Source: an uncultured Planctomycetia bacterium (GTDB taxonomy: Bacteria > Omnitrophota > Gorgyraeia > 1-14-0-20-64-10). From it: a stretch of DNA of 64,000 bases. The position numbers and the translations under genes were made by a program. Positions 51,924 through 61,664 of this stretch are shown one piece after another (the stretch's first letter is position 1; each line of letters begins with the position of its first letter). Location: assembly GCA_964373715.1 (NCBI GenBank), contig CAYJVR010000001.1, forward strand, positions 85,164 through 149,163, read 5' to 3'. Under the pieces are notes generated by a model. That model searched no databases and was not told the origin of the DNA. It saw only the letters and a list, made by a program, of their open reading frames with translations.

Positions 51924-52501
51924 TGGCGCAGACGACGGAAACCCGCGCCGTACCGCGGTTGTTGGAAAAATATCGCAAAGAGATCGCGCCCTCATTGATG
52001 AAGCAATTCGGCTACAAAAACATATTTCAGGTGCCTCATTTCACGAAGATCGTTCTTAACATGGGTGTGGGGCAGGGTGCGCAGGATGTGAAGGTTATTG
52101 AGCAGGCCGCTCTTGAGATGGGGCTCATCACCGGGCAGAAGCCGGTGATCACCCGCGCTAAGTTGGCGATCTCTAACTTCAAGATTAAAGAGGGCCAGCC
52201 GATCGGGGTGAAGGTGACGCTCAGGCGTGCGCACATGTATGAATTCTTCGATCGTCTGACGAGCGTAGCGATGCCCCGCATCCGTGACTTTCGCGGGGTT
52301 GATCCGAAGGGTTTTGATCAGGGAGGTAATTTTGCTTTTGGTTTGACGGAGCAGTTAATTTTTCCGGAGATCGAGTTCGATAAGGTGAACCGGGTGCAGG
52401 GGATGGACGTCATCATCTGCACGACGGCGAAAAACCGGGATGAGGCGTACGAACTGTTGAAGCTGATGGGATTGCCTTTCAAGCACAAGGAAAAATCTTA
52501 A
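51923..52501 (+). CDS. rplE: 50S ribosomal protein L5
   Basis: The protein is 192 aa. Confidence 0.95.
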   Translation: MAQTTETRAVPRLLEKYRKEIAPSLMKQFGYKNIFQVPHFTKIVLNMGVGQGAQDVKVIEQAALEMGLITGQKPVITRAKLAISNFKIKEGQPIGVKVTLRRAHMYEFFDRLTSVAMPRIRDFRGVDPKGFDQGGNFAFGLTEQLIFPEIEFDKVNRVQGMDVIICTTAKNRDEAYELLKLMGLPFKHKEKS

Positions 52502-52510
52502 GGGGCGCCG

Positions 52511-52696
52511 ATGGCGAAGAAATCTCAGATTGAACGGTGGAAGCGGGCGCCGAAATTTCAGACCCGGCGTTACAGCCGGTGCGGACGATGCGGCCGGGCG
52601 GCTGCGGTTTATCGGAAATTTCAGTTGTGCAGGATTTGTTTTCGAGAGTTGGCCCACCGGGCGGAAATCCCCGGTATTCTGAAAGCAAGCTGGTAA
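52511..52696 (+). CDS. rpsN: 30S ribosomal protein S14 type Z (zinc-binding)
   Basis: The protein is 61 aa. The motif is CxxC...CxxC (CGRCGR...CRIC). Confidence 0.95.
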   Translation: MAKKSQIERWKRAPKFQTRRYSRCGRCGRAAAVYRKFQLCRICFRELAHRAEIPGILKASW

Positions 52697-52717
52697 TTTA
52701 ACAATGAGACGGTTGAG

Positions 52718-53119
52718 ATGAGTCTGTCAGATCCTGTTAGCGATATGTTGGTTGCCGTGCAGAACGCGAGCAAGGCGGGTAAGGCTCAAGTGGATGTCAA
52801 AGCCTCGAAGTTCTCCTCCGCGATTTTGGATTCTCTGAAGGGGGAGGGGTTCATCCAGAACTGGCGTTTGCTTAAAGAAAGCGACCCGCAGGGTGTATTG
52901 AGGGTTTACTTGAAATATACCAAGGACCGGAAGCCGATTTTACGGCGCGTACGCCGGATATCAAAACCCGGATTGCGCGTCTACGTTCCGAAAGCGAAGG
53001 TTCCTCGGATATTGTCCGGGATTGGAGTGGCTATCCTCTCCACCCCCCAGGGAGTTCTTACTGACCGGCAGGCCAGAGAGGCCGGTGTCGGCGGTGAGAT
53101 TCTCTGCTACGTTTGGTAA
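52718..53119 (+). CDS. rpsH: 30S ribosomal protein S8
   Basis: The protein is 133 aa. Confidence 0.95.
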   Translation: MSLSDPVSDMLVAVQNASKAGKAQVDVKASKFSSAILDSLKGEGFIQNWRLLKESDPQGVLRVYLKYTKDRKPILRRVRRISKPGLRVYVPKAKVPRILSGIGVAILSTPQGVLTDRQAREAGVGGEILCYVW

Positions 53120-53134
53120 TAAGGTAAAAAGACG

Positions 53135-53671
53135 ATGTCACGCGTTGGAAAAGTTCCGATCGTTATTCCGCCGAAAGTAAAGGTGGATCTGCAAGGTGCC
53201 CTGGTTTCTGTCGAGGGGCCTAAGGGGAAGCTTTCTCATCAGGTTCCTCAGGGGCTTTGCGTTGAGAATGCGGAGGGAAAACTGCTGGTTAAGCGGGAGT
53301 CCGACACCAAGACGCTCAAAAGCCTTCACGGTTTAACCCGCACCCTTGTTTATAACATGATCAAGGGGGTTACGGACGGTTACGTGAAGGAACTCGAAAT
53401 CCAGGGGGTTGGTTACCGGGCTCAGGTCAATGCCGGAAAGCTCGAGCTTTATGTTGGGTTCACTCATGCGGTCATTTATCCGATCCCTCAGGGAATTACA
53501 ATCGAAGCGCCGAAACCGACCCAACTGGTCATAAAGGGCACGGACAAGGCGCTTGTCGGTTTGGTCGCGGCTAGGATACGCGATTACGCGCCTCCTGAGC
53601 CTTATAAGGGGAAAGGGATACGTTACGTTGGCGAGGTTGTCCGCCGCAAGGCTGGTAAGGCGGTCGCTTAA
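53135..53671 (+). CDS. rplF: 50S ribosomal protein L6
   Basis: The protein is 178 aa. Confidence 0.95.
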   Translation: MSRVGKVPIVIPPKVKVDLQGALVSVEGPKGKLSHQVPQGLCVENAEGKLLVKRESDTKTLKSLHGLTRTLVYNMIKGVTDGYVKELEIQGVGYRAQVNAGKLELYVGFTHAVIYPIPQGITIEAPKPTQLVIKGTDKALVGLVAARIRDYAPPEPYKGKGIRYVGEVVRRKAGKAVA

Positions 53672-53698
53672 CGGGCGAAAATACGGGTTCTTAAACAG

Positions 53699-54067
53699 AT
53701 GCCGATTACACGAAGCAGAGAAGAAAAGAGAAAACGCAGGCATCGTCGCGTGCGCAAGAAGGTGATGGGTACCCTGGAGCGGCCCCGTTTGGTGGTGCGC
53801 CGCAGTTCTCTCCACATGTACGCGCAATTCGTTGATGATTTTGCGGGTAAGACCTTGCTGGCATGCTCGACTCTCGAGCCGAAATTCCGCCAGGGTTCTT
53901 CCAAGGGCGGCAATGTTGAGGCGGCCAAACGTCTCGGTGAAGTGGCGGCGCAGGCGGCCAAGGCGGCAGGTGTGAAGAAGGTGGTGTTTGATCGGGGAGG
54001 TTATCTGTATCACGGGCGCGTAAAGGCTTTAGCCGATTCGGCCCGGGCACACGGTTTGGAGTTTTAA
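53699..54067 (+). CDS. rplR: 50S ribosomal protein L18
   Basis: The protein is 122 aa. Confidence 0.95.
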   Translation: MPITRSREEKRKRRHRRVRKKVMGTLERPRLVVRRSSLHMYAQFVDDFAGKTLLACSTLEPKFRQGSSKGGNVEAAKRLGEVAAQAAKAAGVKKVVFDRGGYLYHGRVKALADSARAHGLEF

Positions 54068-54073
54068 TCCGTC

Positions 54074-54817
54074 ATGACAGAAAATACAGAGAATGTTGAG
54101 AATAATGTGGAAAAACCGGCTGAAGCGCCCGTAGTGGCGGCTCCCGCGGCTCCTCCTGCGGGTCCGGGGGGCGGTAAGCGCCCTGGTTCCGGCGGAGGCC
54201 GTGGCGGTCCCGGCGGAGGCCGGGGTGGTTTTGGCGGAGGCCGTGGTGGTTTTGGCGGAGGCGGGGGCCGTGGCGGATTCGGCGGCGGAGGCCGTGGCGG
54301 CGGACCGCAGAGGCAGGGAGGCCAGGGAGGAGGGCCCCCCCAGCAGTTGAATGCTGTTGAGAAAGTGGTCGCTATCAACCGCGTTGCCAAAGTCACCAAG
54401 GGGGGCAAGAGGCTCTCTTTCAGCGCTTTGGTAATCGTCGGCGACGCCCAGGGGCAGGTGGGTTGGGCGTTGGGAAAAGCGAATGAGGTTGCCGACGCGA
54501 TCCGCAAGGGGTTGACGATGGCCCGCAGAGGCATGTTTAAGGTGCCGATGAAAGGTTTTACGATCCCGCACGAGACCATCGGCGAATTCTCTTCTTCGCG
54601 AGTGCTTTTAAAGCCTGCAGGCCAAGGGACCGGAATCATTGCTGGTGGCACCGTCCGGGCCGTGTGTGAGGCTGCCGGCATCAAGGATATCTTGACGAAA
54701 TCGATTGGTTCGAACAACCAGATTAACCTGGTCCATGCCACGGTGTCCGGTCTCCAAGGGCTCCAGTTTCCGAAAGACGCGATTGCCCGAAGGAAGGAAG
54801 ACGGGGTACCGCTGTGA
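54074..54817 (+). CDS. rpsE: 30S ribosomal protein S5 with ~85-aa N-terminal Gly/Arg-rich (RGG) extension
   Basis: The conserved S5 core begins at [29 protein letters not shown]. It is preceded by [10 protein letters not shown] repeats. The protein is 247 aa versus about 167 aa for a typical S5. Confidence 0.93.
   Translation: MTENTENVENNVEKPAEAPVVAAPAAPPAGPGGGKRPGSGGGRGGPGGGRGGFGGGRGGFGGGGGRGGFGGGGRGGGPQRQGGQGGGPPQQLNAVEKVVAINRVAKVTKGGKRLSFSALVIVGDAQGQVGWALGKANEVADAIRKGLTMARRGMFKVPMKGFTIPHETIGEFSSSRVLLKPAGQGTGIIAGGTVRAVCEAAGIKDILTKSIGSNNQINLVHATVSGLQGLQFPKDAIARRKEDGVPL
54185..54345 (+). repeat. imperfect tandem ~30-nt repeats (ggcggaggccgtggtggttttggcggaggc) encoding the RGG/GGF low-complexity region of S5
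   Basis: Seen directly in the sequence. The reverse strand reads as an artefactual Pro-rich ORF. Confidence 0.8.
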
Positions 54818-55278
54818 CGCCTGTGAAGGAATCCGCAAAACTAGGCGCTTTAAGGCCTGCGAAGGGAGCCACCCACCGCTCGAAACGGAGGGGCTTGGGC
54901 GAGTCTTCCGGCCATGGAAAAACCTCTGGCAGGGGGACCAAGGGACAGAATTCTCGCTCCGGTCGTGGAACCCGTCCGGGATTCGAAGGCGGTCAGATGC
55001 CGCTGATCCGGCGTATTCCGAAAAGAGGTTTCCACCATACTCCCCGGATTCATGTCGAGATTGTGAATTTGGAATCGCTGAATCGGTTTCCGGTCAATGC
55101 GGTTGTGGACCCGGCGGCTCTCAGGGAGATACGGCTCATTCATTCGTCCGAGTCCCAGGTGAAGATCCTTGGCGATGGGGAGCTGAAGCACCCTGTAACG
55201 ATCAAAGCGCATCGGTTTTCGAAATCTGCTGTGGAGAAGATTACAAGCGCTGGCGGTAAGGTCGAGCCGATCTGCTGA
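54814..55278 (+). CDS. rplO: 50S ribosomal protein L15
   Basis: The GTG start overlaps the rpsE stop (GTGA). The sequences [13 protein letters not shown] and FEGGQMPL are present. No L30 gene lies between rpsE and rplO. Confidence 0.93.
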   Translation: MTPVKESAKLGALRPAKGATHRSKRRGLGESSGHGKTSGRGTKGQNSRSGRGTRPGFEGGQMPLIRRIPKRGFHHTPRIHVEIVNLESLNRFPVNAVVDPAALREIRLIHSSESQVKILGDGELKHPVTIKAHRFSKSAVEKITSAGGKVEPIC

Positions 55279-56627
55279 TGCTCAAGGCATTTGCGAACAG
55301 TTTTAAGATTCAGGAACTCAGAAACAGGATTTTCCTGACGCTGGGGTTGATAGTTGTTTACCGGATCGGGAATTTTATCCCATTGCCCGGCATCAACGGC
55401 CAAGCTTTAAGAGAGTTCTTTGAAAGGTTAAGCCAGCAGTTGGGGGGAACCCTCTTTACCGTGATGGATCTCTTCAGCGGCGGTGGGTTGTCCCACATGA
55501 CGATCTTTGCCCTAGGTATCATGCCGGCCATTTCGGCATCCATCATCATGCAGCTGTTGATCGTGGTTCTGCCGAATTTAGAGCAGATGGCCAAAGAAGG
55601 GGGAGAGACAGGTCGCCGGAAAATCAACCAGTATTCCCGCTATTTGACCGTCGTATTGGGAGTCATGCAGGCGCTATTCATCAGCCTTTGGCTGGAGAAT
55701 GCCCGTAATTTTGAGGGGATCCAGATGGTTCAAGATCCCGGATGGGGTTTCCGGTTTCTCACAATCATGACGCTTGCGAGCGGTACGGCGTTTATCATGT
55801 GGTTGGGCGAGCAGATCACCGCTTTTGGCATCGGTAACGGGATGTCTATTTTGATTACGGCCGGAATCCTTTCCAGTCTGCCAACGGCTGTTCATCAGCT
55901 GTTTGTTTTAGTGAGCCCTTGGGCGCCGGCACAGAGGCAGGTTCAGCCGTTCACTTTGCTGGTCATGGCGGCTATGTTGGTCGGAGTCGTTCTTTTGGTC
56001 GTGGCGATCACTCAGGGTCAGCGGCGCGTGCCTGTCCAGTACGCCCGGCGTGTTGTGGGCCGCAAGGTTTATGGCGGGCAGACGAGCTATATTCCGATCC
56101 GGGTTAACCACGCGGGTGTGATGCCGATCATTTTCGCGCAGTCCATCTTGTTGTTTCCGGCGACGTTGGCCGGGTTTACCGGAGTCCAGGTGCTTCATGA
56201 TATTTCTCGGTGGTTAACGCACGGACACCTTCTGTACACGGTCCTTTATATGGCATTGATTGTTTTCTTCGCCTATTTTTACACGGCGATTGCTTTCAAT
56301 CCTGTGGATGTTGCGGACAATATGAAGAAGTTCGGTGGCTTTGTCCCGGGGATACGTCCCGGGCGTCCCACGGCGGAGTTCTTTGACAGGTTGTTGACCA
56401 GGATCACTTTGCCCGGCGCGATTTTCTTGGCGGGGATCGCGGTTTTCCCGGATCTTATCGGGAAGTGGCTAGGAATCCCGTACATCGTTGCGAGTTTTTT
56501 CGGCGGAACGAGCTTGCTGATCATCGTGGGTGTTTTGCTGGATACGATGCGTCAGGTTGAATCGTTTCTCTTGATGCGCAACTACGAGGGATTTTTAAGT
56601 CATGGGAAGCTTCGTTCTCGCCGTTAA
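55278..56627 (+). CDS. secY: preprotein translocase subunit SecY
   Basis: The protein is 449 aa with 10 transmembrane segments. The ATG overlaps the rplO stop. Confidence 0.97.
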   Translation: MLKAFANSFKIQELRNRIFLTLGLIVVYRIGNFIPLPGINGQALREFFERLSQQLGGTLFTVMDLFSGGGLSHMTIFALGIMPAISASIIMQLLIVVLPNLEQMAKEGGETGRRKINQYSRYLTVVLGVMQALFISLWLENARNFEGIQMVQDPGWGFRFLTIMTLASGTAFIMWLGEQITAFGIGNGMSILITAGILSSLPTAVHQLFVLVSPWAPAQRQVQPFTLLVMAAMLVGVVLLVVAITQGQRRVPVQYARRVVGRKVYGGQTSYIPIRVNHAGVMPIIFAQSILLFPATLAGFTGVQVLHDISRWLTHGHLLYTVLYMALIVFFAYFYTAIAFNPVDVADNMKKFGGFVPGIRPGRPTAEFFDRLLTRITLPGAIFLAGIAVFPDLIGKWLGIPYIVASFFGGTSLLIIVGVLLDTMRQVESFLLMRNYEGFLSHGKLRSRR

Positions 56628-56636
56628 GGGGGAGCG

Positions 56637-57302
56637 ATGCGGCTCATTTTTCTTGGGACTCCTGGCGCTGGGAAGGGGACGGTAGCGACTCTTTTGAAAG
56701 AGCGCCTCCGCGTGGCCCATTTGTCCAGCGGAGATCTTCTCCGGGATTCGGTTAAGAACGGTGATTCGACGGGAGGGGAGATAGGCCGCTATATGAAGTC
56801 GGGTGCTTTAGTGCCTGACAAGTTGATTACCGGTCTTATGCTTAGCCATCTGGACCAGTTTGGAGTTTCGGGTGATTTTGTTCTCGACGGTTTTCCGAGG
56901 ACGGTGGAGCAGGCGCAGGACTTGGACCGGGATCTTGCGGGCAAAAAGAACGCTCCGATTGATTTGGCGATAGATTTTCAGGTTTCTCCTGAAACGGTTG
57001 TTAAGCGTTTGATAGGTCGGCGGGTTTGTGAGAAGTGCCGACTCAACTACCACGTAGAGAGAATACCTCCGCGAAAACCGGGCATATGCGACCGGTGCGG
57101 ATCCGAACTGAAGGCTCGGGTGGATGATCAGCCGGAAACGGTGAGAAAGAGATTGGCCGTGTATGAGGACCAGACGGCCCCTCTGCTTGATTTTTACCGG
57201 AGATCGGGCAAGCTGAGGCTTGTTTCGGGTGATCAGAACATCGAGGATCAGTACCAAGAGTTGATCCATGTGCTTGAACGGGACCGTTTGTTGAACGTGT
57301 GA
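56637..57302 (+). CDS. adk: adenylate kinase (zinc-lid type)
   Basis: The P-loop GTPGAGKGT is present. The lid carries CEKC...CDRC. Confidence 0.95.
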   Translation: MRLIFLGTPGAGKGTVATLLKERLRVAHLSSGDLLRDSVKNGDSTGGEIGRYMKSGALVPDKLITGLMLSHLDQFGVSGDFVLDGFPRTVEQAQDLDRDLAGKKNAPIDLAIDFQVSPETVVKRLIGRRVCEKCRLNYHVERIPPRKPGICDRCGSELKARVDDQPETVRKRLAVYEDQTAPLLDFYRRSGKLRLVSGDQNIEDQYQELIHVLERDRLLNV

Positions 57303-58072
57303 TGATCGAGCTAAAGTCCCCCAGTCAACTGGATCTCATGAGGCAGGCAGGAAGGATTGTGGGGGAGATATTGGAATCGTTGCGCGAAGCGGTTCGGCCT
57401 AGCGTGACGACCCTTGATTTGGATCAGTTGGCGTTGGAGATTATGCTCAAGCGCAAGAGCACACCAGCTTTTAAGGGTTACCGGGGGTTCCCGGCGCATA
57501 TTTGCGCATCGGTCAATGAAGAGGTGGTTCACGGTATACCTTCCGCTAAGCGCAGTTTGCAGGAGGGGGATATCGTGGGGCTCGATGTGGGAGTGATCGT
57601 TGAAGGGTATTACGGTGATGGGGCGATCACAGTTTCGGTGGGTAAGGCGAGCGCCGAGGCGGTTCGCCTCATGGAGGTGACCGAGAATGCCCTTATGGAA
57701 GGGATTGCGATGGCGACGCCGGAGCACCGATTGTCCGACATCTCGCATGCTGTGCAGAAAGCGGTTGAATCGCGCGGATACTCGGTTGTCCGTGAGTTTG
57801 TGGGGCATGGAATAGGCACCCAGCTGCATGAGTTGCCCCAAATCCCGAATTATGGGAAGCCGGGGTTCGGTCCGCGGCTGAAGCCGGGGATGGTGCTGGC
57901 GATTGAGCCGATGGTGAATCAGGGTGGGCCTGAAGTGGCGATCTTGGATGACGGATGGACTGCGGTGACAAAGGACAGGAAATTGGCCGCCCATTTCGAG
58001 CATACTGTGGCGGTAACGGAGGCGGAGCCGGAAATCTTAACTTTATGGCCAAAGAAGAAGCCATCCAAGTAG
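57299..58072 (+). CDS. map: type I methionine aminopeptidase
   Basis: The protein is 257 aa. The metal ligands D, D, H, E, E are in context ([23 protein letters not shown]). Confidence 0.93.
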   Translation: MMIELKSPSQLDLMRQAGRIVGEILESLREAVRPSVTTLDLDQLALEIMLKRKSTPAFKGYRGFPAHICASVNEEVVHGIPSAKRSLQEGDIVGLDVGVIVEGYYGDGAITVSVGKASAEAVRLMEVTENALMEGIAMATPEHRLSDISHAVQKAVESRGYSVVREFVGHGIGTQLHELPQIPNYGKPGFGPRLKPGMVLAIEPMVNQGGPEVAILDDGWTAVTKDRKLAAHFEHTVAVTEAEPEILTLWPKKKPSK

Positions 58073-58266
58073 AAGGAAAGGTGGTCGAGGCTCTGCCCAA
58101 TGCCATGTTCCGTGTTGAGCTGGAGAACGGCCACAAGGTGTTGGCTCATGTGGCGGGTAAAATGCGCATGCATTTTATACGGATTTTGCCCGGAGACAAG
58201 GTTACGGTGGAATTGTCTCCTTACGATTTAACAAGAGGCCGGATCACGTTTCGCATAAGAGGTTGA
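58045..58266 (+). CDS. infA: translation initiation factor IF-1
   Basis: [41 protein letters not shown]. The start overlaps the map 3' end by 28 nt. The track ORF starts at 57955. Confidence 0.9.
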   Translation: MAKEEAIQVEGKVVEALPNAMFRVELENGHKVLAHVAGKMRMHFIRILPGDKVTVELSPYDLTRGRITFRIRG

Positions 58267-58276
58267 GAACGTTAAG

Positions 58277-58390
58277 ATGAAAGTAAAACCGTCGGTACGC
58301 AGAATTTGTGAGCAATGCCGGATCGTCAAACGGAATCGGATCATCCGGGTGATTTGCTCGAATCCCCGTCACAAGCAAAGGCAGGGTTAA
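58277..58390 (+). CDS. rpmJ: 50S ribosomal protein L36
   Basis: The gene was found by hand and is below the ORF-track length cutoff. The protein is [37 protein letters not shown]. Confidence 0.9.
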   Translation: MKVKPSVRRICEQCRIVKRNRIIRVICSNPRHKQRQG

Positions 58391-58393
58391 AAA

Positions 58394-58798
58394 ATGCCAC
58401 GTATTGTTGGAGTTGATTTGCCTAAAGAAAAGAGGATTGACATCGCGCTCACTTATCTTTACGGCGTTGGGCGCGTGGTGGCGACAGAGATCCTCGCCAA
58501 GGCGAATATAAAACCGGAGGTTCGGGCAAAGGATTTAAACGAAGACCAGATTAACCGCATCACATCGGTGATCCAGCAGGGATACAAGGTGGAAGGAGAC
58601 CTCAAGAGGGAGATCTCTCAGCATATTAAGCGGTACATTGATATCGGTTCCTACAGGGGATTGCGCCATCGCCGCGGGTTGCCCGTCCGCGGGCAGAGGT
58701 CTCACACCAACGCGCGGACCCGGAAAGGGCCGCGGCGTGGTGTTGGGATGCGCAAGAAGCCGGCTGTTTCAGCGGGTCCGAGTCCGAAACCCAAGTAA
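58394..58798 (+). CDS. rpsM: 30S ribosomal protein S13
   Basis: The protein is 134 aa. The sequence [15 protein letters not shown] is present. Confidence 0.95.
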   Translation: MPRIVGVDLPKEKRIDIALTYLYGVGRVVATEILAKANIKPEVRAKDLNEDQINRITSVIQQGYKVEGDLKREISQHIKRYIDIGSYRGLRHRRGLPVRGQRSHTNARTRKGPRRGVGMRKKPAVSAGPSPKPK

Positions 58799-58868
58799 GT
58801 GGTTTTATTCTTAATAACTAAGAGGATCGCTCTTAGAACCCAAGATAAAGGTTACACGGAGGAGTAAC

Positions 58869-59252
58869 ATGGCGGAAGTAAAACCGCGAAAAAAGCAGAA
58901 GGTCAGCGTCTCGAGTGGGATTGTGCACATTCAGGCGACGTTCAACAATACGATTGTGACAATTACAGATAAGCAGGGGAATACCCTCTGCTGGTCCTCG
59001 ACCGGTGTTGTCAAATTCACCGGGTCAAAAAAGGCGACTCCTTTCGCGGCTCAGGTGGCTGCTGAAGATTGCGCGAGGAAAGCGATGAATCTCGGTATCC
59101 GGGAAGTTGAGGTCTATGTGAAAGGTCCGGGATCCGGCCGTGAGTCTGCTGTCCGCGCGCTTCAGGCTGCAGGGTTGACAATTACGATGATTCGGGACGT
59201 CACCCCGGTTCCGCATAACGGGTGCCGTCCTCCCAAGAGAAGGCGGGTGTAA
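58869..59252 (+). CDS. rpsK: 30S ribosomal protein S11
   Basis: The protein is 127 aa. Confidence 0.95.
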   Translation: MAEVKPRKKQKVSVSSGIVHIQATFNNTIVTITDKQGNTLCWSSTGVVKFTGSKKATPFAAQVAAEDCARKAMNLGIREVEVYVKGPGSGRESAVRALQAAGLTITMIRDVTPVPHNGCRPPKRRRV

Positions 59253-59882
59253 ATGGCACGCTATACCGGACCAGCTTGTCGTATCTGTCGCCGTCAGGGA
59301 ATGAAGCTTTTCCTGAAGGGGACAAAGTGTATGACCGATAAATGCCCCTTTAACCGGCGTGGTTTTCCGCCCGGCCAGCACGGGCAGAACCGTGTCAAGA
59401 AAATGACCGACTACGGTGTCCAGCTGAGAGAGAAGCAGAAGGTCAAGAAGATGTATGGACTCGCTGAGAAGCAGTTCCGCGGGACCTTTAATAGGGCCTC
59501 CCGCGCCAAGGGGATTACAGGTGAAAAGCTGTTGGAGTTGCTGGAGCGCCGGTTGGATAACGTTGTCTTCCGGCTGGGTTTTGCCACCTCCAGGCCGCAG
59601 GCCAGGCAGTATGTTCTTCACGGGCATGTGCGTTTAGGCGACCGTCGGGTCAATATCCCCTCTTTCTCGGTAAAATCCGGGCAGGCAGTACGATTGGCCG
59701 GTTCGGAGGAGTTCCTTAAAGCGGTAAAAGAGATACGGGAGCTGACGAAGGAAAGACCTTTGCCTCCCTGGTTGGACCGGCATCCGGAAGATCCAGCCGG
59801 CACGGTGGTTGGTGTTCCTGCCAGAGGGGACGTGCAGTTCCCAATTCAGGAACAGCTGATCGTCGAGTTGTATTCTAAGTAA
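59253..59882 (+). CDS. rpsD: 30S ribosomal protein S4 (N-terminal Cys4 zinc-finger type)
   Basis: MARYTGPACRICRRQGMKLFLKGTKCMTDKC. The protein is 209 aa. Confidence 0.95.
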   Translation: MARYTGPACRICRRQGMKLFLKGTKCMTDKCPFNRRGFPPGQHGQNRVKKMTDYGVQLREKQKVKKMYGLAEKQFRGTFNRASRAKGITGEKLLELLERRLDNVVFRLGFATSRPQARQYVLHGHVRLGDRRVNIPSFSVKSGQAVRLAGSEEFLKAVKEIRELTKERPLPPWLDRHPEDPAGTVVGVPARGDVQFPIQEQLIVELYSK

Positions 59883-59955
59883 GAGGCAAGGTCGGCCGGG
59901 TTCGGTTTAGCTCTTCGCCTTTCAAGGATCTATTGCGCAGATAAGGAGGTTTGGA

Positions 59956-60954
59956 ATGGGCATTGCATGGAGAGACTTTGAAATGCCGTCGAAAGTGGAG
60001 TGCGATGACGCGTCGTATACTCCCACTTTTGGGAAGTTTGTGGCGGAGCCCTTCGAGCGGGGTTATGGAACAACGGTCGGCAACTCTATCAGGCGGGTGT
60101 TGCTCTCTTCGTTAGAGGGGGCCGCGGTGACTTCTGTCAAGTTTGACGGAGTGATGCATGAGTTTTCCGCTGTTCCAGGCGTGGTGGAGGATGTCCCGCA
60201 AATCATCATGAATATCAAGCATCTGGTGATCAAGTCGCACACCCGGTCTCCGAAGACTTTGACGATTTCGGCTGAGAAAAAGGGGGAGATCACGGCGGCG
60301 AATATCGTCACTGATGAAACGGTTGAGATTCTTAATCCCGATCTCCATATCGCGACCCTTTCCAAAGCAGGAAAGTTTTTTTTGGAAATGGAGGTGGGAA
60401 TCGGAAGGGGCTATGTTCCGGCGGAAAGAAACAGGAAAGAGTCACAGCCTATAGGTGTGATTGCTGTGGATTCTATCTTCAGCCCGGTTCGAAAGGTGAA
60501 CTTCCTCGTGGAGAACACCCGCGTCGGGCAGATGACCGATTACGAGCGGCTTATACTCGACATTACCACCAGCGGCGCGCTGAACCCCAAGGAAGCTCTC
60601 TTGATGAGCGCGCATATTTTCCAGAAGCATATGGAGGTGTTCACATCGTTCGGCGAGCTTCCGTCTGAGGAAACTGCCGAAGAGGAGGAATCCCTTCCGC
60701 CGGATATGGTGGAGAAGCTCCGGTTGCCGGTGACCGAACTGGAACTATCGGTCCGGGCCGCCAACTGCCTCCGCGAAGCTAAAATTAAAACCATCGCGGA
60801 TTTGGTGGTAAGGAGCGAGCCGGAAATGCTGAAGTTCCGGAACTTCGGCAAGAAGTCTTTGTCCGAGATTCAAGAAATACTCAAGAAGATGGGATTAGAC
60901 CTCGGCCTGAAGCTGGACCGGAAAACTTTAGAACAGATCGGCAGTTCTGTCTAG
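59956..60954 (+). CDS. rpoA: DNA-directed RNA polymerase subunit alpha
   Basis: The protein is 332 aa. An N-terminal assembly domain is present. A C-terminal domain is present (LELSVRAANCLREAKIKTIADL). Confidence 0.95.
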   Translation: MGIAWRDFEMPSKVECDDASYTPTFGKFVAEPFERGYGTTVGNSIRRVLLSSLEGAAVTSVKFDGVMHEFSAVPGVVEDVPQIIMNIKHLVIKSHTRSPKTLTISAEKKGEITAANIVTDETVEILNPDLHIATLSKAGKFFLEMEVGIGRGYVPAERNRKESQPIGVIAVDSIFSPVRKVNFLVENTRVGQMTDYERLILDITTSGALNPKEALLMSAHIFQKHMEVFTSFGELPSEETAEEEESLPPDMVEKLRLPVTELELSVRAANCLREAKIKTIADLVVRSEPEMLKFRNFGKKSLSEIQEILKKMGLDLGLKLDRKTLEQIGSSV

Positions 60955-60981
60955 ACAAGAATCGTGTAGGGAGGATACGCC

Positions 60982-61647
60982 ATGGCGCACGCTGTTTATA
61001 CCCGAGATCTGGGCCGCTCACGGAGTTTTCGAGAAGCAACGGTTCGCAGCCTTGCCCAGGCTCTTTTAAAATACGAGCGTATTGAGACCACCTTGGCCAA
61101 GGCGAAAGAGGCGCAGAGGTTGGTCGAGAGGCTCATCACCTTGGGTAAGACCGGGTCTTTAGCGGCTCGGCGCCAGGCGATCAGCAGGCTCAACGACTCG
61201 AAAATGGTGCACCGGCTGTTTACCACGGTTGCGCCCCGGTTCTCCGCCAGAACGGGCGGCTATACCCGGATTATGCATTCCGGTGTCAGGCCTGGGGATG
61301 GAGCCTCTCTCGCGGTTCTGGAGCTTGTTGAGTTAGCTCCTGAATTGAAAGAGGAGAAGAGCAAGAAGAAAGAGCAGCAAGCCAAGCGGCCCCCTAAGGC
61401 CGGGAAGCCGACGGTAGAGGAGTCTTCCCGGAAGGCCGGTTCTCATGTTGTGGATCGGCTCCCGGCGCCGAAAGGTTCTCCGGTTTTCGAGGCGGAAAAG
61501 GTGGCTGAGGAAGGGCCCGAAAAGAAGCCCCAGGTGAAGGAAAAAGAGACGGAGCCTTCTTCGGACAAGGGCAAAGAGAAGAAAGAGGAAAAGAAAGGTT
61601 TTATCGGCGGTCTTCGGAGATTTTTTAAGGACCGCACTAAAGACTAA
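60982..61647 (+). CDS. rplQ: 50S ribosomal protein L17 with ~95-aa Lys/Glu-rich C-terminal extension
   Basis: The L17 core runs up to about ...ASLAVLELVEL. The tail is a KEEKSKKKEQQAKRPPKAGK...KEKKEEKKGFIGGLRRFFKD low-complexity region. The protein is 221 aa. Confidence 0.92.
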   Translation: MAHAVYTRDLGRSRSFREATVRSLAQALLKYERIETTLAKAKEAQRLVERLITLGKTGSLAARRQAISRLNDSKMVHRLFTTVAPRFSARTGGYTRIMHSGVRPGDGASLAVLELVELAPELKEEKSKKKEQQAKRPPKAGKPTVEESSRKAGSHVVDRLPAPKGSPVFEAEKVAEEGPEKKPQVKEKETEPSSDKGKEKKEEKKGFIGGLRRFFKDRTKD

Positions 61648-61664
61648 GGGGCACCGACCAAATC

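Noticed and set aside
54064-54741. Proline-rich (PPRPPPP...) 225-aa minus-strand ORF
   Set aside because: It is the mirror image of the Gly/Arg repeat coding region of rpsE. Complementing GGN/CGN codons yields CCN. It is not an independent gene.
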